DNA of 64,000 nucleotides from Eledone cirrhosa (Eukaryota). Location of the stretch: contig OZ024753.1 of assembly GCA_964016885.1 (NCBI GenBank), positions 32,984,001-33,048,000 of the forward strand, in the 5' to 3' direction. Position numbers and translations under genes: made by a program. A model generated the notes under the pieces. The model did not search any database, had not been told where the DNA came from, and saw only the letters and a program-made list of their open reading frames with translations. Each line of letters begins with the position of its first letter. The first letter of the stretch is position 1. Positions 27,291 through 42,789 of the stretch are shown one piece after another.

Positions 27291-29151
27291 ATATTGTTTC
27301 CTTTCTCATGTGGGGTTTAATTTGGAGACGCGTTAGATGTACAGGATAGAGAGGGGAATCTTCTCAGAGTCGTGTTTAACACAATAATCCTCACGATTGG
27401 CAGGATCATCTTACAACTATTATCAAATCGGTGTCTATGCCGAGGACATCTTTACCATTTTTATCTTCCGAGGTTGATATATATATGTCGACTGTTGGCG
27501 CCTGATTTCAAATTCTTGCGTGGAAAATTTACACTGTTGTAAATATGTAGACAAGATATCTAGTTTAGGAATTCTCTTCTCTCTATATTTCACTCACATT
27601 TCACTGAAGCCTTAAAAAGGCATTATAGATAATTTCCGTCATCCTGACGTAAAAGTATATAGACATTATTTAAATACTGGATATATCATTAAACATTTGA
27701 TATATTTTCCTTTTCAATGTTTTACACCAAATAATTTCAAGGTATCAATAACAAATTTATATATATTTATTACCTATTTAGTGTATTTGTCGTATAGGGA
27801 ATACAAATCATATAAATACTTTCATCATAATACACACAAAGTAAAGGAAATCTAGTTGTGTTATCTAATTCTAATATGAAAGAACCAGCTACCGGTTAGC
27901 CTGTAACTGTTATTGCTAAGTTGGTTTATCTTTTAAAATGTTACAATAAACAATTGATATTGTTGTTGCATATAATAGATATGTAAATAGCTAACACATT
28001 TAAGAAAGTAACTAATGGAGAGAAAAACAAACTAATTGAGAGAAAACGTTGAATGAAATATTCAGAGAGAAAGAAACCCCACATATGCTAAAATTACGTG
28101 ATATGTTATACACTATATGAGATAGATGATACAACTAATATTGTTAAATTTATCTATTCTAAGAGTGTACATGCCAAATTTAATCAGAGCGGATGTGACT
28201 GGAACTAATCACATACGAAATTAGCGAGATGTTAAGTGAAATACTATAGAATGCAAAAAGGTAATAATGTTAATAAAATTAATAAGGAATAATGGACTTT
28301 TTTCCCGTTTCTAGACAGCATTCTCACACTGTAATTAATACCAGTGAATGTTCGTTGGGTTGTTTTTAAACGCAATTCTTCTTCATCGACATCATACATA
28401 GGCTGCCTTCAGCAGGTTGAATAGCATGGGTCATGATGCTAATGCTAGCCATATTAGAATAGTTCTCCGTTGGTTTCGAGGATGAGTGTTATAAGGGAAC
28501 AGTCAGCTCTTGAAATAGCCACGACTTATTATGGTGTTTAGAATGGAAATGGCCTTACAGTGTTTCCAGTTGTGTTGCTTTGGTGTTTTGGGGTAGACAT
28601 ATTTAAATGAGCTGAAGTTTATATTGTGTTCCATAAATAGTAGGAGATATCTTTCTTGCTTTATTTTTCTTTAATATTATGATTTTAATCGTACCAAAAT
28701 ACCGAATTGGATAATAGCTAGAAAAAACTCGAAAACGAAAGCTGCATTATAACGTACGTTGGTGGAGGTTGGAACAACATATGGTTCGCATTGACTTTTC
28801 GTCGCCAGAAACAAAGAACATTGTGCAGAAAGACAAAATATATAGACTATATTTTCATCTATTTATAACTTGACTCACCTTCTTTGTGTCAAACACATTA
28901 AACAGTATATCTATTTCTATATATAATACTGACAAATGAAAAGATTCTCGTATATTATAGGATAGATTTTTTTCTTTTATATTAAATTCAATACAATGAA
29001 TCATTTTCATATTAGACCAACGAAATATCTCATAATATCACACAAATGCATACACAAATATATATATATATATATATATACATATATACATACATACATA
29101 CATATATACATACAAACATATACACACATATATACACATATACATATATAC

Positions 29152-29193
<42 letters not shown>

Positions 29194-29544
29194 CATACAT
29201 ATCCATGTGTTATATACATGAATACATATGTATTCATATATAGGGATGTTTATATGTATATATATGCATAAATATACATATGTATGTGTTCGTGCGTGTG
29301 CCTGCGCGTATGTGTGTGCAAGTGTATGTTTGTCAATGTATATATAAACACAAACGCTAGTGTATACTCTGAAGGGGATTTCGCTGCTATTATCTGCAGT
29401 TCGATCAACATTACAATGTAGATGGCTCTAGGTATAGATTAGGCCGAATGATACAAAAATTGGTGAATTTATGTCATTGATGCCTGCATAGATACCTGCA
29501 ACCACATTTTCCCCACATCACCCTCCTTCTACTACTAATAATAA

Positions 29545-30250
29545 TAATTATTATCATTTCTACTTTAGGCACAAGGGCAGCAATTTGTAAGAGGAGAAAT
29601 TCGAGTATATCGGCCACAGTACTTGCCTGGCACTCTGTTTTATCGATCTTGGAAGGATTAAAAGCAAAGTTCACCTCGGCGGATTTTGAAAGCAGAACCC
29701 AAATAGCCGTAACTAAATCCCTCAATGTATTTTGTCCGAACCTCTAATGACTCTGCCGATCCAATAATAATAATAATAATTGTTTCTACTTTTGGCACAA
29801 GCCCAGCAATTACCCAGTGCATTACTGGTACTTTATTTTATCAATAATAATAATAATTGTTTCTACTTTTGACACAAGCCCAGCAATTACCCAGTACATT
29901 ACTGGTACTTTATTTTATCGACCCTGTAAGGATGAAAGGCAAAATTAACTTCGGCGGGATTTGAACTCAGATCATAAAGGGCCGTAACTCTGTGCTGCAA
30001 AGCATAGCGTCCGACCCTCTACCGATACTGCCAATCCACCGCCCTTAATAATACTGCCACTGCCAATAATAATAATGGTTTCTTATATAGACACAAGGAG
30101 AAAAATTTTGGGGGAGGGGAAATTCGATTAAATCGACCCCAGTGCGTGACTGGGACTTTATTTTATCGATCCCTAAAGGATAAAAGGCTAACTTCGGCGG
30201 GATTTAAACTCAGAACGTAAAAGATCGTAACTCTATTCCGTGAAGCCCGT
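29545..30250 (-). mobile_element. Cluster of four head-to-tail SINE family A copies
   Basis: Copies start at ~29555, 29778, 29856 and 30076 and are separated by (taa)n tails. Confidence 0.85.
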
Positions 30251-30583
30251 TATTATGAGGAGTAGTACTTCTTGTTGTTTATCGTGTTGTAGCAACCCAC
30301 CGAAACCTGCCTATAACAATCAGTGCTGTGAGCAACAAGAACAACCATAATATTTACACCAATAAACATTTACTACTATAAAACAATAACCTTGATAAAA
30401 GCCTTAGTGATTTTTAGTTGTTTTCCTCATCAAGAGCGCGCGCGCCACACCCGCACACATACACACTTATACTCGCACACACAGAAGTATATATCTGAAG
30501 AAGTGCTAAATGTGTTACTAAGTTTAAAATTTAGATTTTCATTCTAACTTCGCAGATTTCCTGCAACTTATGCATGTATTAAT

Positions 30584-30700
30584 TTGTTCTACTTTTTGAC
30601 ACAAGGCCAGCAAAATCCCAGTACATTACTGGTACTTTATTTTATCGACCCCGTAAGGATGAAAGGCAAAGTTAACCTCGGCGGGATTTGAACTCAGAAT
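30584..30700 (-). mobile_element. SINE family A copy (short variant)
   Basis: Near-identical to 8610-8727. Confidence 0.85.
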
Positions 30701-31860
30701 GGCAAAGTAGTCTCTAGAGTTTTCACATTACCACTACACTACTAAATATTACCACTACACTACTAAATATTACCAAGTGTGCACTATGCATTACTAAATG
30801 TACATTCTATTTCACGAAATATGCATTTCATGTTATATAAAAAGAAATTAATTTTCAAATAAAAATATTCAGGTAATAATTGTTTTAAAGGCGCACACTC
30901 ATATAAGCATACATCCACACACACACACACACGCACTCGAACAAACAAATACATATATACAAATGTACACCAATACACACAAAAATATAAACGCACATAA
31001 AAACACACCTGCACACACCACACAGACACAAACGGACGAACACACATGAAATCACTTCAATACAAACAGGCCTGCACACACACACACACACACACACACA
31101 GACAGACACACACAAACACTCACATGCAGATGCATACATACACAAACAGATACACACACACACGTAAAATCTTTTCTATTTCTATTGATTGCATAGTTTA
31201 AAATAAAAAGTCACCGCTCAGAGTGTTTTGTAATCACTACTATGTAGAATGGATATGTATGTATGTCACTTTACACACATTTAGATTAGAGTAGGCACCA
31301 CTATATAGGATTCATGATGGATCATCCGTCGGTACTCGAGGATGAGCATTCAGCCGTTCGATTAACTGAACATCATAATTGGGAATTGTTTGTATATTGT
31401 TCAATATCCTACAGACAAACGTTCCCTGGATATAATTACCTAGCCAAATCAGTGTGACATAATGTATAGGGTTGATGCCATATACGCGATCGTAGACATG
31501 CTAATATTAGAGTAAACAACGCTATATAAAATATATAAACTATATCTTTTGAATGCAATCGAGCATGACTTCGTATCCGAATGTACCATGGCTTTAAGTG
31601 ACCATGTAGTGGCGGCTAGATACAGGCACCCTTTCGACCCACTTACATTGGCGTCAACTAAACATCCAATATGCGACAGCTGAGAGAAAACAGGGATGAC
31701 CCATGCAAGAAAGATGAAATGCAAGGAGTCGCGGGATTCGAACGCAAAACTTAGAGAGATGAAATATTTTCACAACATATTCTGTCAAACATTTAGTGAC
31801 TGCCAAATGTACCGGCTTATCTATTTACATTGGCAGCGCAACTTAGAGGGCATAGTGTTT

Positions 31861-31911
<51 letters not shown>

Positions 31912-32042
31912 GTATATATATATTTTTTTTTGTTTCTGAATTTGTTTAGCAAGATTCTTATTGGCAACATGACGCTCCGAAAGCATATCAATATATAAAT
32001 ATATATAAATAAATATATATATATAAATATATATATATAAAT

Positions 32043-32129
<87 letters not shown>

Positions 32130-32517
32130 AATATATATATATAAATATATATATATAAATATATATATATAAATATATATATATAAATATATATATATAA
32201 ATATATATATATAAATATATATATATAAATATATATATATAAATATATATATATAAATATATATATATAAATATATTTATATAAATATTTATATATAAAT
32301 ATATATATATAAATATATATATATAAATATATATATATAAATATATATATATAAATATATATATATAAATAAATATATATATATAAATATATATATATAT
32401 AAATATATAAATATATATATATATATATAAATATATATATATAAATATATATATATAAATATAAATATATATATATAAATATATATATATAAATATATAT
32501 ATATATAAATATATATA

Positions 32518-33068
32518 TATATTGTTATACTTTGGGAGGGTCATGTTGCCAATAAGAAACACACGCACCAGTTGCTTTCACTTCAATTTAATTTAATATA
32601 ATTGAAAACACACACAAAATGAAAACACACACAAGACAAAATGAAAACACACACACACATAGAACAAACAACCAACCAACAATAAATAAATAAATAAACA
32701 AACAAATATAAATAGAAAAATAAAAAATAGAAAAATGAACACAAACACACACAGACACCCGGATGTGGCGCATGCGCAAACTGAGCACGCAACCCACACA
32801 CAAACAAAATGGCGTAGGATAGAAGAAAGGAAAGGCACAGAAACGAAGAAAGAAATCCCCAGTCACTGAAGAGGTCACAGAGTGTGTGACGAAAGAACTA
32901 TGACTATATATATATATATAAACAACTATCTGGTTGTGGAACCAACCAACCAACCAGAAATTTATAAATTTGTAAATTTATAAATATATATTAAATTAAA
33001 TTGAAGTGAAAGCAACTGGTGCGTGTGTTTCTTATTGGCAACATGACCCTCCCAAAGTATAACAATAT
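32518..33068 (+). mobile_element. ~550 bp non-coding element with ~80 bp terminal inverted repeats and internal HHR
   Basis: 32518-32600 is the reverse complement of 32987-33068 (attgttatactttgggagggtcatgttgccaataagaaacacacgcaccagttgctttcacttcaatttaatttaatata). Confidence 0.85.
32861..32905 (+). ncRNA. Minimal type I hammerhead ribozyme
   Basis: Reads agtca CTGAAGA g gtcaca gagtg tgtgac GAAA gaac TA tgact. Stem I is 5 bp, stem II is 6 bp with one extra G, and stem III is minimal. Confidence 0.75.
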
Positions 33069-33877
33069 CGGTTTCAACACACGATTTCAGATAAAGAATC
33101 TTGCTAAACAAATTCAGAAACGAAATATATATATATAAATATATGTATATAAATATATATATATAAATATATGTATATAAATATATGTATATAAATATAT
33201 GTATATAAATATATGTATATAAATATATATATATAAATATATGTATATAAATATATGTATATAAATATATGTATATAAATATATGTATATAAATATAAAT
33301 ATATATATATAAATATATGTATATAAATATATGTATATAAATATATATATATAAATATATATATATAAATATATATATATAAATATATATATATAAATAT
33401 ATATATATAAATATATATATATAAATATATGTATATAAATATATATATATAAATATATATATATAAATATATATATATAAATATATGTATATAAATATAT
33501 ATATATAAATATATATATATAAATATATGTATATACATATATGTATATAAATATATGTATATAAATATATGTATATAAATATATGTATATAAATATATAT
33601 ATATAAATATATATATATAAATATATATATATAAATATATAAATATAAATATATATATAAATATATATAAATATATATATATAAATATATAAATATATAT
33701 AAATATATAAATATATAAATATATATATATATAAATATATATATATAAATATATATATATATAAATATATATATATATAAATATATATATATAAATATAT
33801 ATAAATATATATATATATAAATATATATATATATAAATATATATATATATAAATATATAAATATATATATATATATA

Positions 33878-33909
<32 letters not shown>

Positions 33910-34082
33910 AATATATATATAAATATATAAATATATATATATATATATAAATATATAAATATATATATATAAATATATATATATAAATATATATAAATAT
34001 ATAAATATATATAAAAATATATATATAAATATATATAAATATATAAATATATATATATATATAAAAATATATATATAAATAT

Positions 34083-34113
<31 letters not shown>

Positions 34114-34323
34114 AAAATATATATATAAATATATATATATATATAAATATATATATATAAATATATATATATAAATATATATATATAAATATATATATAA
34201 ATATATATATAAATATATATATATAAATATATATACAAATATATATATAAATACATATATAAATATATATATAAATATATATATAAATATATATATATAA
34301 ATATATATATAAATATATATATA

Positions 34324-34445
<122 letters not shown>

Positions 34446-34472
34446 TATATATAAATATATATATATATAAAT

Positions 34473-34503
<31 letters not shown>

Positions 34504-34532
34504 AATATATAAATATATATATATATATAAAT

Positions 34533-34565
<33 letters not shown>

Positions 34566-34566
34566 A

Positions 34567-34599
<33 letters not shown>

Positions 34600-34630
34600 A
34601 ATATATATATATAAATATATATATATATAA

Positions 34631-34661
<31 letters not shown>

Positions 34662-34730
34662 AATATATATATATAAATATATAAATATATATATATATAT
34701 AAATATATATATATAAATATATATATATAA

Positions 34731-34789
<59 letters not shown>

Positions 34790-34912
34790 GGAGGTGAGTT
34801 TTATTGTAGTACAATAAAGCAATGCAGATATCGGATAAGAAGCACTCTACAGTTTGTGGGACTGGAGTATGCATAATATGAGATCAAAAGATGGTTAAAG
34901 GAGTTCCATATA

Positions 34913-34979
34913 TTTTATTATGCGCATTTCAAAAACAAACATCATCAAACAATAATATTTGTGTTTTCATCAGATAAAA
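34913..34979 (-). ncRNA. Type I hammerhead ribozyme (minus-strand copy)
   Basis: Reverse complement of the HHR at 35073-35139. Confidence 0.85.
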
Positions 34980-35072
34980 CAGGAGAACATGATATGAAGG
35001 CTAAAAAACATATGTTGATTTAAAACTGCACTATCAACAAGTGTTTTTTAGCCTTCATATCATGTTCTCCTG

Positions 35073-35139
35073 TTTTATCTGATGAAAACACAAATATTAT
35101 TGTTTGATGATGTTTGTTTTTGAAATGCGCATAATAAAA
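35073..35139 (+). ncRNA. Type I hammerhead ribozyme (plus-strand copy)
   Basis: Reads ttttat CTGATGA aaacacaaatattatt gttt gatgatgtttgttttt GAAA tgcgca TA ataaaa. Stem I is 6 bp, stem II is ~15 bp, and stem III is the palindrome atgcgcat. Confidence 0.85.
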
Positions 35140-35206
35140 TATATGGAACTCCTTTAACCATCTTTTGATCTTATATTATATATAAATATATATATATAAA
35201 TATATA

Positions 35207-35242
<36 letters not shown>

Positions 35243-35245
35243 AAT

Positions 35246-35314
<69 letters not shown>

Positions 35315-35315
35315 A

Positions 35316-35448
<133 letters not shown>

Positions 35449-35462
35449 AATATATATATATA

Positions 35463-35494
<32 letters not shown>

Positions 35495-35607
35495 AATATA
35501 TATATATAAATAAATATATATATATAAAAAAAAATATATATATATATATACATATATATATACATATATATATACATATATATATACATATATATACATA
35601 TATAAAT

Positions 35608-35646
<39 letters not shown>

Positions 35647-35861
35647 AATATAAATATATAAATATATATATATATGTATGTATATAAATATAAATATATA
35701 AATATATATATATATGTATGTATATAAATATATATATATTATAAATATATATATATATATATAAATATATATATAAATATATATATAAATATATATATAT
35801 ATTATAAATATATATATATATTATAAATATATATATATATTATAAATATATATATATATAT

Positions 35862-35909
<48 letters not shown>

Positions 35910-35925
35910 ATATATATATATATAT

Positions 35926-35973
<48 letters not shown>

Positions 35974-36012
35974 ATATATATATATATATTATAAATATAT
36001 ATATATATATAT

Positions 36013-36061
<49 letters not shown>

Positions 36062-36664
36062 ATAATAATAAATGTGAAAACTAAAATCCGAACAGGGCTC
36101 GGTAAGGATAAAATATATATAAAAATATATAAAACTGTTAAGGGTGAAAGCAGCGATTCTTTGATTAAACTTTAATCTGTTATTTTAATAAATATATATA
36201 TATATCTTTGACTATACACATGTCATTAGAACTGATGGCGCCACTATATAGAGCTCATAACTTATAATGGGTATGTTATGTATTTGAAATTGTAAATCAT
36301 CTTCATATGCAATATTGAAAGCAATATTGAAAAATATATATGTTTATGTTTCCTCTCAAATGTTGTTTAACACTATGCCCATATCATGTAAGTGTGCATG
36401 CGTTAATATATTGAAATATGCTTTATGCATGTTTATGCACATCTTAAGGAATTCATTCCCACATGGATGGTGTACAGACATAAACACTACATTACGTTTA
36501 TATATAGGGAGAAGTCTTTGGAATATTTGTATGGAGGATATGGTGTAAATGATAGGTATAAAGATATTTCTATAAACGTCAGTCATATTTACAGACGTGT
36601 AAATTAACTACTTTCAACCAGGTATAAGCACTTTTCCATATCTGTCAGTGTGTATAGTTGTGAG

Positions 36665-36990
36665 TCTGTTTGGCTTAGTAGTTACAGTGTTTGATTCACG
36701 AAGGCAAGGTTGTGAGTTTGATTTCAGGGGTGTGCGTTGAATCCTTGGAGTAGACGCTCTAATTGATGTTGCTCCATTTCACTAATCTGGACATTATGAA
36801 CTCAGCATGTCTTTCAAAGGGTTCCGATGTGAACCCTTTCAAAGGGTTCCAGCGTGACACAATGTGAACCAGTCTTGGTTCACATTGGGTCACGCTTAAT
36901 CTTCAAAGTACAAATGAATGTGTAAGGATCAGCCACTTACACATAATCTTCACGAGCCGGATGTTCTGTAGTTTGCACAGCTGAAAGACT
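36665..36990 (+). mobile_element. Diverged SINE family B copy
   Basis: Has the tggcttagtagttacag...gtgagtttgatttc head and the ccttggagtagacgctctaattgatgttgctcca core. Confidence 0.65.
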
Positions 36991-37150
36991 CATTGTCCAA
37001 CCAACGCAGTGACAACATCACAGATACACACACCCACTTTCATATACATGGAATTATAAAAGGCGAACGACTCGTGAATATTGTAAGCCTCAATAATAGC
37101 CAATTTACAAATAATGATAATAGTAATAATAATAAAGTGTAGATGTTTAC

Positions 37151-37820
37151 CTGCATACAAGTCGGTGATCTCCTCTTTAAGCATCCGTTTAATATCCGTA
37201 TCATTATCATACTTGTAAAGTCTTTGTTGATATGAAGCTTTAACCTTGAAATTGTAAAACATAGCCTCAATCGTCAAATGACACATCTTATCCACGATGT
37301 CCGAATAGGACTCTGAATTGTAGATAATAGCGAAACGCTTCCATTTATAGGATTCGACAAGTCTTAGGAAACACGTGAAAAGGCTGTTGAAATTAACCGG
37401 GCCCACTCGAGTCAATGTTGGATAGAATTTTTGACGGTATTTATAAAAGTCCATGGCCATAGCCCCCGCTGAAATTACTGGTATATTCCAAAATTTTGCT
37501 TGTCGCACCACTGGTCCGGCAGCATAATCGCAAACGGGTCCAAAAAAAACGTCGACCTGGCTCTTCATGTAAAAATCGATTGCTGCCTTGATCCCATGTG
37601 CAATTGAACACTCGGAGTCATCAGATTTTACCGAAAATGTCAAGTTCGATACTTTGGGTAGGTTGTCCATGGCCAGTCTGATTGCGGGTAAGACTCGTTG
37701 GATGCAAAAAAGCCTGTTTTCGTTGGTGGGTAAAATCACGACAATCTGCACAGTTTTACATTCTACTGTTAAGGAAACGTGTAAAAGCAGAAAACAAGGG
37801 ACTAGAAATCGCAGAGCCAT
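37151..37820 (-). CDS. First coding exon of a natriuretic peptide receptor / receptor guanylyl cyclase-like gene (signal peptide + ANF-receptor ligand-binding domain)
   Basis: Has a signal peptide MALRFLVPCFLLLHVSLTVEC and motifs IVVILP, RVLPAIRLA, DSECS, VDVFFGPVCDYAAGPVVRQAKFWNIPVISAGA, YPTLTRVGP and YKWKRFAIIY. The start context is aaacATGG. A phase-1 donor CAG|gtaaac follows 670 nt, and the ORF beyond it is intronic read-through. Confidence 0.93.
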
Positions 37821-38748
37821 GTTTTAAAACTTTTTTTCCAATAGGCTTCAGAGAAGAAATATGTTATTTCCAAACATGTGTGTATGAGTTATTTTCTTCC
37901 TCTTTTACAGCTCTGGAACATTGTGTCTGCATTTGGTAGTGTTTGTTACGCATATATATTTTATATATATATATATATATATTGTTGCAACTAGTGTAGA
38001 GTCGTGAAAAACAAATTAGGGTAAGCAAATGGAATGTTCTGTATTTGAGAGAATGTAAACTCACAGAGTGATACCATCTCTTCCAAAACGGAATCTAACA
38101 GATTCGAAAAGTTTATATAGTTTTTATTTTATTATATTATTCCGAAACGTTAACGTCATTATTCAAGTAGTATGATAGTGATCCTAGTGATTTATGAAAC
38201 AGCCAAACAGAAAATAATTTTAGATAATTAAATATATATTAATTTTATAGGTAAGCAATGCTTACCTTAATACTCAGGTATACATGACACTGGTTGCAGC
38301 GGTGATAATTTAAAATATATAACAAATCGTTGTTGTTGCAGAAGTTATTCATGCTATAGTCCTAGTAACGGATGTAGTGGCTTCGCAACTCGCTTCCTTT
38401 CTAACTCCGTAGCGAAACTACACACAAACAAAATTGCTTTAGTGACAAACTTTTTTTTTTTCCCGGAACCTCAAAACAAGTTATTGAGAAAAAGAGATAG
38501 ACTAACTGATAACCTAACAGACACAAGACCAAACAAATCGATATCGTTTGTTTATATATATATGACTTGCTCTACCGAGCGAGAAATAAATAAGTATATA
38601 GGGAAATCGATTACTAGAGTTTCTATGAGGAAGCTATCGTATGAAAAAAAATTACATTTAAAAAAAAGTATAATTAGTTATCTCTCCGGGTCATGTTCTA
38701 ATGTAGAATATTGTATGCACGTATGAACACGTGTATGTATGCGCACAG

Positions 38749-38780
<32 letters not shown>

Positions 38781-38986
38781 GAATGGGTGAGTGTAGGTAA
38801 GTAGCTAAAATGCAAGTTTTAACGATGAAAATAATTTTACTACTTTTTTTTTACACCTACAGCATTTAAAAAAAATATTTTTATAACATGTTAATACGTA
38901 ACATTATAGTCTACAACTTTATATATACATGTATATATATGTGTGTGTGTGTGCTCGTGTGTGCGTCTCTGTGGGTCTCTGCGTGC

Positions 38987-39033
<47 letters not shown>

Positions 39034-39480
39034 TAATAGCTCACTATCATTTCTAGTGCTTTAGCAGAAGACAGTTCCGGTCTGTGAGGCAGTGAAATAG
39101 ATAGAAGAAAAGGAAGAAGGCAACATTGCCTGCATTGTCGATGATAATGTTAGGCGCTGACGGCAGTGTGTTCTGACTGTGTGATTCTTGTGGAATTGAA
39201 GCGCTGGAAGTGAGCGCCAATAATTCCGATGCATTTTATCCCTTAGATGCAGTTGTTCCAATGCAGCTGAGCTGAAGACAACGAATGCGAAGCGATCAGA
39301 TATATGCGCTCATACATACATGCACACCCAGGCATGCACACACACACATATATATATATATATGCGCATACACATCACGATTGAATGGATAATGCATACA
39401 AACATATATTATATATATAATATACACAAATATATGTTTACATATATATATATATGTATGTATATTTAATTATATATCTT

Positions 39481-39513
<33 letters not shown>

Positions 39514-39525
39514 TTAATTATATAT

Positions 39526-39573
<48 letters not shown>

Positions 39574-39587
39574 ATTTAATTATATAT

Positions 39588-39635
<48 letters not shown>

Positions 39636-39650
39636 TTAATTATATATCTT

Positions 39651-39729
<79 letters not shown>

Positions 39730-39772
39730 TTAATTATATATCTTTATATATATCTTTCTCTCTCTCTCTCTA

Positions 39773-39817
<45 letters not shown>

Positions 39818-40451
39818 AAATATCCTTTTACACACACGCACGCAGACACACAGACGTACGTATCTACTCTATGTTCGATCACTATTTTTAATCAAGTTTC
39901 TTTGTTGTTGCAGTTTTATTTACATTTCTCACATTGAACTGTTCCACTGTTCCACACTCTCTCCTTGGCTATCTAATAATCTAATCCTAATTCCACTAAC
40001 GAAGGGACTGATTCACCCATCAAAACTATGTATGTATTTATAGCAGTACTTTTACGATTTACATTGTATATACTAAGGTGTTTATTAAGGTGTTGTTTTT
40101 GTTTTCATGTTTAGATCCACACACAAAAAAAAAGTTAGGTAGGCGTGTGAATGTGTGTATGTGTGTGTGCGTGTAGGAGAGATGATTGCGTGGGCGTAAA
40201 GGAATTATTTTAAAAGAGAAACACAATTGAAAACTTTTTGAAAACTCCGAATTGGCAAAATATTCTTTTACTGGTTTCAGTCATACGACAGCTGGCATGT
40301 TGGGGGCAGTACCACGATTTTGTCAAGCCCATATATACCTGAATTCTGCTACTTAATTTACGTGACGTAAATACAGACACTCAAACACACGTTATACACA
40401 CACACACACACACACGCATACACACATACACACACTTTATCTCTCTCTCTT

Positions 40452-40501
<50 letters not shown>

Positions 40502-40702
40502 TGTATGTGTGTGTATATACTAAGTAGTATTGAATAACAGTAATCTAACGGTAGCGAAATTCTAGAGTAAGTTGTCATTAAGAAGATATATTATATTGAG
40601 TTCATTAACCCATATTAGTTCTTTGCAGTTTACTACGTTTATAACACAGCTAGATTAAACTGGCATTTATAAATATATATATATTTAAATCATATATTTA
40701 CC

Positions 40703-40734
<32 letters not shown>

Positions 40735-40747
40735 GAGAGAGAGAGTG

Positions 40748-40782
40748 CAGAAATAGCTCTGCCGTCGGGGTCATACTTTTCC
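40748..40782 (+). mobile_element. Tiny internally deleted fragment of the 59682 half-HHR family
   Basis: cagaaatagc|tctgccgtcggggtcatacttttcc matches 59751-59804 with an 18-nt deletion at an agc microhomology. Confidence 0.7.
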
Positions 40783-40789
40783 TCTCTCT

Positions 40790-40835
<46 letters not shown>

Positions 40836-41294
40836 TATATGTATAATATATATATACAAACACATACATGCATATGTATAGATACCCTCATGTGCATATA
40901 TATATATATATATACATATATTTATTTAATGAATATACATACACATATACACACACATCTATAAATATACTCATATACACATACATATATATGCAATCAC
41001 ACACGCACACATACATACACGACCACACACACTCACAAACATATATATATAATCATATACACACGTACATCCAGAGGCACACGTGCGTGTATATTAGCAG
41101 TTGATGTCTATGCATGAATTAGTTTGCGTATGTTTACAACTGTAACTCAGAATATCGCCGGTTAATATGTGTGTGTGTGTGCACGTAAGTGAGCTTTTTT
41201 TACTGTAAATATGTAAATATGTTTGTGTCTGACATAAATCGCCCTCTTTATGCTCACATGTGTAGTTTCCTTACTTCTGCTCATATCAGTCAAA

Positions 41295-42476
<1,182 letters not shown>

Positions 42477-42789
42477 ATTGAGTGTAGTAGTGGTCGTTTC
42501 AAGGTGAGTTGCTTAAGTCAGTTACAGGTGTAAATATTTAGCTCGAAATTGTGGCGATTCGAAACCCTCCCACTTCTGATACTCCTCCTACTTCCATCCA
42601 CCCCCACACAGATTTTTTAGTGTGTCTTTCAAACACCGCAACATTAATTCCCCGACCAAACTGGAGCAACACAACCTACAACCCTCATCCAAGTTAAAGG
42701 AAAGTTTTTTTTTTAAGGAATTAAATTAAAATCCGCCAAGTCAACTATTTTGTATCATATCAACTTATATAGGTTGTGAATAATAGCGA

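Larger units (their letters stand above)
34787..35178 (-). mobile_element. Fold-back HHR element: ~138 bp near-perfect inverted repeat plus 3' tail, inserted in (TA)n
   Basis: The arms are 34873-35010 and ~35042-35178. The left arm continues as a unique tail to the (TA)n junction at 34787. Confidence 0.9.

Noticed and set aside
36990-37150. C-terminal ~53 codons of the 276-aa ORF
   Set aside because: They lie beyond the GT donor at 37150 and are intronic read-through with ATT repeats.
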